Of a DNA stretch of 28,198 nt, positions 9,093 to 18,292 are shown piece after piece (position 1 is the first letter of the stretch; each line of letters starts with the position of its first letter). Origin of the DNA: a virus (taxonomy: Duplodnaviria; Caudoviricetes); IMG/VR virus record IMGVR_UViG_3300048575_000267, positions 1-28,198 of that record; one strand, given 5' to 3'. The translations under genes and the position numbers were made by a program. The notes under the pieces are model-generated. The model worked only from the letters and a program-made list of their open reading frames with translations. It did not search any database and was not told where the DNA came from.

Positions 9093-10385
9093 CTACCCAT
9101 AACTCGCCACGTCGTTGACCAGCGTCACCGTGCAGGCCCGCCCGACTGCGGCGTTTTTCGCGCCTTGCCAATCGTAGGTTTCCTGGATGCCGCCGGGGCC
9201 GCTGCGGCTCATTTTCGGGCGCGGCAGGTAGACTTCGTGGAAGACGAACAGAAGCGACTTGGACAGCGCGATTTTCCAGCCGTAGGACACGTCGATCGGC
9301 GTGCCGTTGGTGGCCAGATCGCGCAGCACTGTGTCCTTGAAGCGGCACACGGCCTGTCCGGTGTAGGTGCAGGCGCCCGGATCGGCGCCACCGATGCGCC
9401 CGTCTTCGCGGATGATCTCGTCCTTGTCGAAATTGTTCGCGGCGGTGAAGTTGCCGGACACCAGATCGCCCAGCGGCACGCCGGAACGGGAGACCTTGCC
9501 CATGAACTGCGAGAACCGGGCGAGCGCATAGCTTGTCGGCGTCCCCGCCGCAGTCGCTCCGGTGCGCGGCGCTTCGCCCTGGGCGATGTAGGTGACCGTG
9601 GCGTTGAGGAGGCCGGAGCGCTGCAAATTGATCGCAATCTTGTCCGACACAATGCCGTAATTCATGGCGTAGCTCGGCACGTCGGGATTGCCGACCTCGA
9701 CCGATGCGGACGGCAGTGTCAGCGCGCCGGAGGCGAAGACGTGATTGTAGGCGCCTGTCGCCGCGCCGCCGGCCAGCGTCGCGCCCGAGGCGGTCATGTT
9801 CGACGCCGGGCTCGATCCGGCGGTGATCGTGAAAGCGTTGCCGGCGGTGCCGATGGTGTCGTGCTGGATGGTGATCTTGTTGCCGCTCACGTCGAGCGCA
9901 TAGGTCGCCGGCGAGATGTTCGCGTCGGCGCTCGCATTGAGGAAAAGCACCAGATTGGTCAGCGTGTCGAGTAGCGACGCGCCGATTTTGACCTGCGCCG
10001 CGGCCGGCGTACCGCTGACGAAGGTCACGTCGGACCCATTCACGGTGATCTTGGCGTTGTTCGCCGGCTGGGCGCTGGCGGTGTAGAACCCCGTCGCCGG
10101 CAGGCCCGGCGTGGTGGTGGGCGCGCCGAAATGCAGCTTCAGCCACAGGCCGAAAGTGCGTAAGTCCACCGGAACGCCGATCGTGCCCTCGTTCTTGATC
10201 ACGTCGAGCGACGGCGGCAGCGGATCGCGCCCGGCGCCGAGCAGATCGGAGGCAATAAGCCCCTGCTCTTCGCCGAGATCGTCGCTGGCGAACGGCATCT
10301 GGAAGAAGTTCGCCGCCGGCGGAACGCCGTAAGTGGATTCGAAGGCCAACGCCATCAGGGCATTGGCGCCGCGTGCACGACCCAT
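9093..10385 (-). CDS. Phage tail tube protein with an inserted domain
   Basis: MGRARGANALMALAFESTYG, LGEEQGLIASDLLG.GRDP, VPVDLR.FGLWLK, LPSAS.EVG.P.VP, VYLPRPK..GPGGIQ..DWQGA, CTVTLVND. Confidence 0.9.
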   Translation of the reverse strand: MGRARGANALMALAFESTYGVPPAANFFQMPFASDDLGEEQGLIASDLLGAGRDPLPPSLDVIKNEGTIGVPVDLRTFGLWLKLHFGAPTTTPGLPATGFYTASAQPANNAKITVNGSDVTFVSGTPAAAQVKIGASLLDTLTNLVLFLNASADANISPATYALDVSGNKITIQHDTIGTAGNAFTITAGSSPASNMTASGATLAGGAATGAYNHVFASGALTLPSASVEVGNPDVPSYAMNYGIVSDKIAINLQRSGLLNATVTYIAQGEAPRTGATAAGTPTSYALARFSQFMGKVSRSGVPLGDLVSGNFTAANNFDKDEIIREDGRIGGADPGACTYTGQAVCRFKDTVLRDLATNGTPIDVSYGWKIALSKSLLFVFHEVYLPRPKMSRSGPGGIQETYDWQGAKNAAVGRACTVTLVNDVASYG

Positions 10386-10418
10386 ATTCGTCTCCTTGGT
10401 TCGTTGTTGCGAATTGCT

Positions 10419-11085
10419 TCAGTGCGCGTCGCCGAGGCGGCGTTCGAGAATGCCCGGCACCAGATCGGCCCAATGCGCGGCCGCATCGTCGACGGCGAGC
10501 CGTTTCGGCATCTTCGCCGTCGGCGTCAGGACAAACATCGCGACCTGGACGCGCCGGCACGCCCTTGCCGCGATACAGTCGTCCGAGCTGTTTACCGGAT
10601 AGCCGGCGAATACCGTTCGCGGAGCCACCCGCGTCGGTGTAAGCGATCAGACGCCCATTGCCGGCGCGGGCGAATTTGAGGTCCTGGTTGAACGCGGTTT
10701 CGACTTCCGCCGGCGTCATGCGCGGATGCCCGCGGGTGCCGAGCCGCGGCACATTGGCGGTCGGGATGGCGAGATACTTCCTGCCGTTGACGGTCCGGAT
10801 CGTCGGGGCCCGCTCGAAGGCATCGACGATTTTCGGCGCCTTCGAATACACGAACGCGGCCGGCGACAGGCTCACTTTGCCGCCGACAGGATAGGTGACA
10901 CCCTGCCACGACTTGCCGACTTTGCCGCCGAGCCCCGCCGCGTCCACCTGCTGGCGCAACTCGCCCTTGAGGCCCAATTGGACCTCCCCCATCGCCGCCG
11001 TTGCGCCCGACGCAATGTCGTCTTTGATCGCAGCAAGCACATCGCGCAGCTTGGTCTTACGCTGGACCCGAAACCCAGGCGCCAT
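10419..11085 (-). pseudogene. DUF6441-like neck/tail-completion protein, frameshifted near 10548-10557
   Basis: N-part from ATG 11085 (LKGELRQQV..AGLG, YP....SL.PAA.VYSKAPKIVDAF, YLAIPT). The expected C-terminus (MFVLTP..KMPKRL) is in the +1 frame, ending at 10419. Confidence 0.75.
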
Positions 11086-11513
11086 CACCCGGCAGCACTG
11101 TCGGTCGTATAGTCCGCTGTGATCTTCACCACCGCGGAATATTCGGTTTCGGTGCAGTCGACGTCGTAATCGGCGCCGTCGGGCGGATCTTCGATCGATA
11201 CCCCGTCGACGGCACCGCCGAGCGTGCGATCGGCCGCCAGCGCCGGTTCGAACAGCGCCAGGATGTCTTCCACCGTCTTCTTGCGGTTTTTGCCCTTGGC
11301 CGCGACTTCGAATTCCACCTTGTGCAGCCAGCAATACCGCCGCGGCGACAACAGCACCTCCGCCTCGCCCGGATTGCCGTCGGTCATGATGACAACGCCG
11401 TCGCGGCTGGCCTCCGGCTCTTCGTCGCGGACGAACGTCTTCCCCGCCGCTTGCACCACGGCTCTGATGACGGTTTCGAGCGCAGCGAGCGCGCCGACGC
11501 GGGTCTGAGTCAT
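11085..11513 (-). CDS. Putative tail terminator/completion protein
   Basis: DGNPGEAEVLLSPRRY.W.H..EFEV and LAADRTLGG.VD motifs; coupled to both neighbours in the neck cluster. Confidence 0.7.
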   Translation of the reverse strand: MTQTRVGALAALETVIRAVVQAAGKTFVRDEEPEASRDGVVIMTDGNPGEAEVLLSPRRYCWLHKVEFEVAAKGKNRKKTVEDILALFEPALAADRTLGGAVDGVSIEDPPDGADYDVDCTETEYSAVVKITADYTTDSAAG

Positions 11514-11833
11514 GTCGGCGCCACCGTGATGTGCCATTCGAGGCGCCGGCCGTCGCCGCAGGTGAAGTCGGCCACGTCGTACAGCGGACCGCCGGTCGGA
11601 ATTTCCACCTGATCGCCGACCGCAGGATCGGGCAAATCGGACTGGCTGACGCTCAGAAAACGCTTGCGGTCGCGCACCTTGACCGTCTGCAGTTGCTGGT
11701 CGACGTCCGGCTCGATGAAGTTCGCGCGGAACGGCGTCATCGGCGCGCCGGATTGCGGCCGGTAGCGCACCTCGACGCTCTGATGCGGATCGCGGCGCAA
11801 CGTGCCGAGCATGACCGCAAACGCGTTCACCAT
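11510..11833 (-). CDS. Head-tail joining (FII-like) protein
   Basis: 107 aa; DP....YR, P..GD.VEI....Y.V, D..RLEW pattern; position after the capsid genes. Confidence 0.72.
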   Translation of the reverse strand: MVNAFAVMLGTLRRDPHQSVEVRYRPQSGAPMTPFRANFIEPDVDQQLQTVKVRDRKRFLSVSQSDLPDPAVGDQVEIPTGGPLYDVADFTCGDGRRLEWHITVAPT

Positions 11834-11835
11834 GA

Positions 11836-12174
11836 TCAGCCCTCGTCGGCGGCGAGCCGGCGCGCCACGACGACGCCCGCCGTCGTCAGGTTCGGACACT
11901 CCGCCGGATAATGGATCAGAGTACGATCCTTGAGCGCTTCCAGAGCGGCAGTGACGTCGGTCCCGCTCGCGTCCTTCGGATAAGGCTTCAGCACATGACC
12001 GACGCGTGCCAGCGCCGCGATGAGAATGCGGTCGGCCAACGAAAGCCGAGGCTTACTCTTTGGGCTCACCTTAGCGCCGGTCTCGCCCGGCATCGTCGCG
12101 TCGCTGTTCGACACGGGTTCGGCGTTAGGATCGTTCTGAAGATCGAGCTGCGAGCCGGGTTTCTGTTCCGTCAT
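11836..12174 (-). CDS. Hypothetical protein downstream of the major capsid gene
   Basis: GAGGG RBS before ATG 12174; fills the gap between MCP and the head-tail gene. Confidence 0.65.
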   Translation of the reverse strand: MTEQKPGSQLDLQNDPNAEPVSNSDATMPGETGAKVSPKSKPRLSLADRILIAALARVGHVLKPYPKDASGTDVTAALEALKDRTLIHYPAECPNLTTAGVVVARRLAADEG

Positions 12175-12189
12175 TTCCACCCTCTTCTG

Positions 12190-12219
12190 ACAAGAGGGCC
12201 GCGCTTCGCGACGCGGCCC
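12190..12219 (-). terminator. GC-rich hairpin / weak intrinsic terminator after the major capsid gene
   Basis: GGGCCGCG (12196-203) / CGCGGCCC (12212-19) stem followed by TCTTGT on the minus strand. Confidence 0.55.
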
Positions 12220-12239
12220 CCGATGGTTTGCCATGACCA

Positions 12240-13307
12240 TCAACCGCCCGGCGCGGCGCCGAACTTGCCTCGAAGCAGCATCTCCGGCCGCGAGCAGTAC
12301 ATCAGCGGATACGAATACAGCTCCAGGTCGACGTACTGGTTGCGGTCGCGATCCGGCACGATCAGCGGCATCAGCGGCTGGCCCGGCACGTTGACCTGGT
12401 CGAAGGACTCACCGGAGCCCTGCGCCCAAACGAAAGTACCCGGCGCATTGGCGGGGAAGAACTTGACCTCGTCGGCGGCGACCGCCACCGTCGAATTGTC
12501 GTCGGTGCCGCGATAGTTGATCCAGTTCACACCGCCCCACGGGAAGGCGGAGAAGACGTTCGAGCCGGTCGCGTCCTCTTTCGATCCCCAGATGTCGTAG
12601 GCGCGCGCCACGTCGCCGTGGTTGGTGATCTTCTGGTAGATCGTATCGCCGCAGAGGCCGATGATCTGCGATTGCGGCGTGAACAGCCCTTTCGAGGCCC
12701 GCACCATCGGCGTCACGATGTGGGTCTGGATGTAGGGCCGCAGAACCAGCGCGCCGTGAACCTCCGACGACGCCTTCAGCGCACCTTCGAGGTCGAAATA
12801 GACATAGTCCGGCTGCGCGATGCCGAAAGTGTCGAACCAGTTCCACAACACCGACCCGTCGGCGTCCAGAACCACACCGCTGACCGCGCCGAGCCGCATG
12901 TGCTCCAAGGTCAATTCGATATTGGCTTGGAGCCCGACCGGACCGGACATGCGGCGCGACACCTCGTTCTGCATCGCCTGCAATTCGCTGGTGGTCCCGA
13001 AGGCGCGCACTTTGGCGATTTCCGACGCGGTCAGCCGGTCGCCTTGCGCGATGCGCACCGTACCGAAGCTGCGCATGCCGCGTGTCTCGGTCTTGCGCTG
13101 CGGCAGCGCCGATCCGCGCGGCGTCGTCGGCACCAGATTGAGGGCGCCGGCGCGCTCTTCGATGTAGACCGTATCGCCGGTGATCTGCTTGGGCACGAAG
13201 ACGTTGAGGTCGCCGAGCAGGGACGGCTTGAACTCGACCTTCTCGTAGGCGGCCAGCATGGTCATCAACGAGAACGCGTCGTTCTCGAAAATGTTGAATT
13301 CAGCCAT
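12240..13307 (-). CDS. Major capsid protein (lambda gpE-like family)
   Basis: IFENDAFS, LVPTTPRG, VRAFGT.SEL, TLEHMRLGAVSGVVLDADG, S.PL.YC.RPE.L; GGAG RBS before ATG 13307. Confidence 0.92.
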   Translation of the reverse strand: MAEFNIFENDAFSLMTMLAAYEKVEFKPSLLGDLNVFVPKQITGDTVYIEERAGALNLVPTTPRGSALPQRKTETRGMRSFGTVRIAQGDRLTASEIAKVRAFGTTSELQAMQNEVSRRMSGPVGLQANIELTLEHMRLGAVSGVVLDADGSVLWNWFDTFGIAQPDYVYFDLEGALKASSEVHGALVLRPYIQTHIVTPMVRASKGLFTPQSQIIGLCGDTIYQKITNHGDVARAYDIWGSKEDATGSNVFSAFPWGGVNWINYRGTDDNSTVAVAADEVKFFPANAPGTFVWAQGSGESFDQVNVPGQPLMPLIVPDRDRNQYVDLELYSYPLMYCSRPEMLLRGKFGAAPGG

Positions 13308-13379
13308 AAATCTCTCCATTCGACCGGAGAGAACTCCGGCCGTTTCGAACGGAACCGTTGAAAAGGATGCGGCGCCGGA

Positions 13380-14021
13380 TCAGCGCCCGATGATGCCGTG
13401 CTCGGCCAGTTGGGCCAGCGCTGCGGTCTTCTGCAGCGTCGTGACGCCGGTTTTCCACACCAGCTCGCTCGCATTCACTTCTGTATCGCGGGCGGTGATG
13501 GTCTGCTTGCGGTCGGCCGTCGCGGCGTCGACCGCATCGAACAGGATTGCGGCTGCCACCTCGGCGCCGTTCTTCGCCGCCGGATCGTGCTGCGTATAGC
13601 ACCCGGCTTTGGCGTTGGCCGCCACCGTGATCTTGAAGCCGTCGCCGGCGACGGCCGCCGTGGCGCCCGCCGTCAGGGTGAAGCCGAGGCCACCATGATT
13701 GAAGGCGACGCCGGTGTTGCCGGGGGCGAGCTGCAATCCGTCCGGATCGGTCAGCAGATACTCGGTCGCGGCGAGGAATTCGCCGTGATAATCGCCCACT
13801 TTGGCGCCGGCGTTTTCCGTCACCGCACCGCAGGTGAAGTTGCCCGTGTTGCCGGCATCCGCGGTATAGGTTGGGGCGCCGGTCGAGGGTCCGATCCGGC
13901 CGAGAACCGTCCCGGCTTCGTAATCGCCGCCCGTGATCGTGCCGACCTCGCGCGACTGCATCCCGTTGGCTTCCGAAACGAGATAGCCACCGGCATGCCG
14001 TTTTTCGGTCAATACCGTCAT
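13380..14021 (-). CDS. Head decoration protein (gpD-like) with an inserted domain
   Basis: YLVSEANG..SRE, AGTVLGRI, DP.A.NG.EVAAAIL, ARD.EVNASEL.W, LAEHGII.R; ATG 14021 overlaps the protease stop. Confidence 0.88.
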   Translation of the reverse strand: MTVLTEKRHAGGYLVSEANGMQSREVGTITGGDYEAGTVLGRIGPSTGAPTYTADAGNTGNFTCGAVTENAGAKVGDYHGEFLAATEYLLTDPDGLQLAPGNTGVAFNHGGLGFTLTAGATAAVAGDGFKITVAANAKAGCYTQHDPAAKNGAEVAAAILFDAVDAATADRKQTITARDTEVNASELVWKTGVTTLQKTAALAQLAEHGIIGR

Positions 14022-15424
14022 TGCTTGCTCCTCTGCCCGCGAGCCTTCGCGAGCGCAGTGTCCCAACCGGCGGCTGGGTGCTGGGCCGTGTCAGCGTCGG
14101 GCAGGATGTGCCCTTGTGTCCGCTGGGCGTCGCTGACTTCCGCCCGCTTGTCCTGCAGCGCCGTCCGGACCTGATCCAGCGACGCGCCGTTGCGGATGAA
14201 CGCCGCCGCATCGCCGGGCCGTCCGGCCAGACTGCAAAGTTCGATGATTTCGCCGTGCGTCGAGACAAGTTCGCCGCGCAGCTTTTCGCGCTCGGCGGCA
14301 AAGTCGATGACCGCCGGCCGCGCCTCTTCCACCGGCGACGCTTCGGCCAGGGTCTGCACCGCCTTGCGCACCGCACCGACGCCCGGCGTTTCGGCCGCGA
14401 GTCCGAGCCCCGGACCGCTCGCCAGTTTGGCAATCCTGTCGCGCAAGACCGCCAGTGCATCCGAGGGCGTGCCGACCGCGTCGGCGAAATGGGCGCCGAC
14501 CGCCTGTTCGCCGTAGAAGCACGCCGCCTCGGTCGCCAGCACCGCCTCAACCGACAGGCCGCGGTAGCGTGCCACCGACGCGGCGAAAAGGCCGCGCAGC
14601 CGGTCGCATTCGCCCTGCAGGGCTTCGCGCGCCGGATCGGACATCGGCTGGTGCGGATTGAGATCGATTTTGTGGGCGCCGGAGAACACGTAGCTGTATT
14701 TCAAGCCGCGCTCCCGGTCGTAGGCCGATTGATCGACATGCAACGCGACCACGCCGACGGACCCGACGCCGCTGGTGCGGCTGACATGAATGGTCGAGCA
14801 GGCCGACAACAAGAGATAACCGGCGCTGTAGGCGTCGTCGGCGGCGACGCCGGTGATCGGCTTTTTCTGGCGCGCCGCAAAGATGGCGTCCGAAAGGTCG
14901 AAACTGCCGTTGACCTCGCCGCCGTAGGAGTCGATGGCAAGCAGTACCCCTTTCACCGCCGGATCGGCCATCGCCTTGTCGAGCGCCCCGCGGATGTCGG
15001 CATAGGACATCAGCCCGGACAGCGCCCCCAGCCAGCTCGACTTGTAGACCAGGGTGCCGTCGATCCCGATCAGCGCGATGCCGTCGTCGGTGACCGTGTA
15101 AGGGACGCCGGTGTCGTCGTCTTCGTCGTCCGGCTTCTGCAGGCCGATCAAGGCGCCGATCAGATCGGCTTCCTTGTCGTTGGTCGCCGGACAGGCGGCG
15201 ATGCCGAGCCGCGGCCCCAGCGCCGCCAAGATGACGTCGAGTTTCTCCTGGGCGATCAGCAGCGGCGTGCCGAAAATCCGCGTCATGATCCGCGGCAGGT
15301 CGCGGGGCATTGCCGCTCGCGCGGGCGCAGCCGCTTCAATGGCGCAGGCTTCGCTCGCCGCCGCCGGCGCCGTGGTCTCATCCGGGCGCACGTCCACGAT
15401 CCCGGTGTCGGGTTCATCCGTCAT
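14018..15424 (-). CDS. S49-family prohead protease with C-terminal scaffold-like region (gpC-like)
   Basis: IDSYGGEV, AYSAGY (catalytic Ser), VGSVGVV, GAHK.D.NP. Confidence 0.92.
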   Translation of the reverse strand: MTDEPDTGIVDVRPDETTAPAAASEACAIEAAAPARAAMPRDLPRIMTRIFGTPLLIAQEKLDVILAALGPRLGIAACPATNDKEADLIGALIGLQKPDDEDDDTGVPYTVTDDGIALIGIDGTLVYKSSWLGALSGLMSYADIRGALDKAMADPAVKGVLLAIDSYGGEVNGSFDLSDAIFAARQKKPITGVAADDAYSAGYLLLSACSTIHVSRTSGVGSVGVVALHVDQSAYDRERGLKYSYVFSGAHKIDLNPHQPMSDPAREALQGECDRLRGLFAASVARYRGLSVEAVLATEAACFYGEQAVGAHFADAVGTPSDALAVLRDRIAKLASGPGLGLAAETPGVGAVRKAVQTLAEASPVEEARPAVIDFAAEREKLRGELVSTHGEIIELCSLAGRPGDAAAFIRNGASLDQVRTALQDKRAEVSDAQRTQGHILPDADTAQHPAAGWDTALAKARGQRSKQ

Positions 15425-15441
15425 GGGTTGTCTCCTGGTGA

Positions 15442-17061
15442 TTACGCGGCGATCTCGTCGTCGTTGTCATCGGTCGTCTGCGCGCCATCGGGTTCGGACG
15501 GCGTCGCGCCGGGCGATTGCCCGCCGGCGGGCGGCGCCGAAGCCCCTTTGGTCACGCGGCGCGGATCGGAATCCAGCACCAGACCGTATTCGTCGGCCGA
15601 CCGGTTCGAACGCTGAATGGCGGCGTCCAGCTCGGACAGCTTTTTACCGCGCGCCAAAGCTTTCTCTTCGCGGCTGGCGAAACCGGCGCGGACCTCGGCG
15701 GTATCGGCCTGCACATCCTTGAGCGGATCGAGCGACGGCATCGCCGGCGGAATCCATTCGGCGCGGGTATAGGCCCGTGGCTTGGCGTTGAAGGCGGACG
15801 CTTTGATCGGCAGCGCCCCCGACAAGACGCCGTCGCCGACGAACCAGCGGAACGTCGGGCGGCACATCTGAATCATGAAGACATTGCGCTGGATCGGCCG
15901 CAGCGTCTGTTTCCAATCCATCTGCCGCGCCCGTTCGGCCGAGAAATTGTTGCGGTAATCGCCGGTGACGTTGGAATACGGCACGTCGGCACCGGCGCAC
16001 ATGGCCAGAAGGTTGCGGTACTCGAACGCCTCGTAATTGTTGCCGACGTCTTTCGGGTCGGCAAAGACGATGTCCTCGCCGTCTTCCAGCGTGATCAGCG
16101 AACCGGGTTCCCAGCTCTGCACCAAATCGCCGACGCTGCCGCTCTCGCGCGCCTTCTGCCAGGTCTCGGCATTGACGCCGGGCGGCGGCTCGTCCGATTG
16201 CGCTGCGACGCGCTTGATAAAACCGGCGATCAAGGCCGCGACTTTCTTGCGGTCTAATTCGGCGTCGTCGTACTGATCGAGCAGCCACGACTTGACGATC
16301 GCCGCCGTCACCCACGGCAGGCCGCGCACCTGCCCCGGCCGCAGCACCTCGAACACGTGCAGCACGTCGTCCGCCGCAACGCGCGTATAGCCGCCCGCGG
16401 CACTAACGGTCGTCGCAATCTCGCCGGGGTGCTGGCGCCAGAACCAATAGGCGACCCGTTTGCCGATTGGGTTGAACTCGATGCCGGCCCGGATCACGTT
16501 CTGCGGCGTTGCCGGCGACGGCATATTCAGTTCGAACGGACACATGTCGGATTCGAGCAGTTGCAGCTGCATCGGCACCGTCAACCCGTCGCTTGCCCGC
16601 CGCGGCCGGCGGCGGATGAAGAACTCGCCGGCGTCGAACAGACACCCGGCACCGATGGATTGCTGGCCGTAATAGTCCGCCGTGCCGTCGGCATCGGCTT
16701 CGTCGGTCCAATCGTCCCAATTCTCGATGATCGCCGCTTTGGCGGCGTCATCCTTGGTCAGCGGAATGGGACGGATGCCGGTGCCGATGGCATAAGTCAC
16801 GAACACGCGCTTGGCCCGCTTCATGTAAGGATTGTTGCGGGTGAGATAGCGCGACCGCGCCCGCAAGGCCGGCCCCGCCTGGATCAGCAGCGCATTGATG
16901 CCGGTGTCGACCGGGCGAAAGCTCGCCAGCCGGCGATGATGCTGCGCCCCTTCGAAGCCGGAGCCGAGCGGCACGTGGCCGTGATCGAACCCGGTCATCA
17001 ACTGTCGGGACACGACGCGCCCGTCCGCATGCGCGGCGACGCGAATGCGCTGCTTCGCCAT
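15442..17061 (-). CDS. Lambda-family portal protein
   Basis: LRARSRYLTRNNPY, LQLLESD, GIEFN..GKRVAYW, RPGQVRGLPW, YDDAEL.RKKVAA, LDPLKD, GLVLDSDP. Confidence 0.95.
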   Translation of the reverse strand: MAKQRIRVAAHADGRVVSRQLMTGFDHGHVPLGSGFEGAQHHRRLASFRPVDTGINALLIQAGPALRARSRYLTRNNPYMKRAKRVFVTYAIGTGIRPIPLTKDDAAKAAIIENWDDWTDEADADGTADYYGQQSIGAGCLFDAGEFFIRRRPRRASDGLTVPMQLQLLESDMCPFELNMPSPATPQNVIRAGIEFNPIGKRVAYWFWRQHPGEIATTVSAAGGYTRVAADDVLHVFEVLRPGQVRGLPWVTAAIVKSWLLDQYDDAELDRKKVAALIAGFIKRVAAQSDEPPPGVNAETWQKARESGSVGDLVQSWEPGSLITLEDGEDIVFADPKDVGNNYEAFEYRNLLAMCAGADVPYSNVTGDYRNNFSAERARQMDWKQTLRPIQRNVFMIQMCRPTFRWFVGDGVLSGALPIKASAFNAKPRAYTRAEWIPPAMPSLDPLKDVQADTAEVRAGFASREEKALARGKKLSELDAAIQRSNRSADEYGLVLDSDPRRVTKGASAPPAGGQSPGATPSEPDGAQTTDDNDDEIAA

Positions 17062-17063
17062 GG

Positions 17064-17276
17064 TCAAAGACCTTTCGAGGCCACGATCTTCACAATGCGC
17101 GACGGCTTCGCCGCGCCGGCGGCTGCGGCCAAATCCTGCTCGATCAACGTCCGGATCCGCAGCATCTCATTGAGGCCGCGATACTCGACCGACCCGGAAC
17201 TCGGCAGCGATGTGCGCGACGCACCGGTCGCAATCGCCTGATTGATCTGGTCGAGATCAGCTTGCGTCCAGGGCAT
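17064..17276 (-). CDS. gpW: gpW-like head completion / head-tail joining protein
   Basis: WTQADLD.I..AIATGA....SVEYR.L.EM; 70 aa directly before the portal gene. Confidence 0.88.
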   Translation of the reverse strand: MPWTQADLDQINQAIATGASRTSLPSSGSVEYRGLNEMLRIRTLIEQDLAAAAGAAKPSRIVKIVASKGL

Positions 17277-17617
17277 CGGAGAGACCTTCTGGGACAGAGC
17301 GCGGCACAGTTCGCCGTCAAGCCACAGTCCAAATACCCACTCAAACCAGGAAGAAGTACGCCGACGTTTTATTTCAAGATCAACAGGTTAGTGAGTTCAA
17401 AGACCGCATTTCCACCGCTTGGCATTGTCGGCGAATGGCATTGGCGGACGTAACGTCGAACGTCCACGTCATAGGTGAAAATTGCGAAAATGGCGCGATG
17501 GGATAAACAGGTAACGCATCAAACTGGGGTGTTCACACCAAAGCGTGTAAAATCAAATAAGTACAGTACCGAACGAATATCGGCCAATTTCTCATTGATC
17601 GAGTTAAGGGGGTATTT

Positions 17618-18058
17618 ATGCGAATCCAATCAGGAAAATTCGAAGGCAAGCTGATCGAGGTCGTGTTCCTTAAACAGCCAGACTACGTTCAATGGATGAT
17701 CTACAACGCGCCCGGAAACGCCCTTGTACAAGCATTCAAAAAACTCATAGCGCGGTACGATTCGATCCAGATATGCGAAGAGAAATGTCACAGTTGCGGC
17801 TCGCTTGCTACCAGAGCTTCAGCCTATGCCAACACTCCAGATCTGATGTTCTGGTGCGGCAAATGCAATCCCTACAACAGTGGCGCTCGATCGGGCACAC
17901 TAACGATTGTGAACTCCTTTCACAGCGCGATGAGCCACGTTGATTCAACGGCGGGAGGAAACAGAAACGATAAACGAGAAATAATCCGGAATTTGGCAGA
18001 AGCAAAAGGGTTGCCCAAAAAAATCACCGAAAAGGCTGCCCTCGAATTCTTCTCCTAG
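17618..18058 (+). CDS. Small putative Zn-binding protein of unknown function
   Basis: AAGGGGG RBS; N-terminal GKFEGK...PDYVQW motif; CHSC...CGKC; AT-rich codon usage. Confidence 0.8.
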   Translation: MRIQSGKFEGKLIEVVFLKQPDYVQWMIYNAPGNALVQAFKKLIARYDSIQICEEKCHSCGSLATRASAYANTPDLMFWCGKCNPYNSGARSGTLTIVNSFHSAMSHVDSTAGGNRNDKREIIRNLAEAKGLPKKITEKAALEFFS

Positions 18059-18292
18059 CGGGGATTTGCCTTACCATTCCCAACCAATTGAGCATCTCGC
18101 ACAAGTTCTTGTACACCAGCACGCGTTCGGTCGTGGCTCACGCCTCAAAGAGCTGAGATATCACTATTTTGCGCACTCCAGGAGTTTGAACCACTCCAGA
18201 GGATTTTTTTTGCATATACTTGCCCGTTAAGAATCTTCCGAAGAAACTAAGTGTCACGCATTATTGCTGGAACAGAGAACTTGCAGGCCCAA

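Noticed and set aside
9034-11334. 766-aa minus-strand ORF
   Set aside because: Artefact of the DUF6441 frameshift running out of frame across the tail tube gene.
17455-17610. Alphaproteobacterial LexA box (GTTC-N7-GTTC) upstream of the Zn-finger gene
   Set aside because: Half-sites are present but not at the required spacing.
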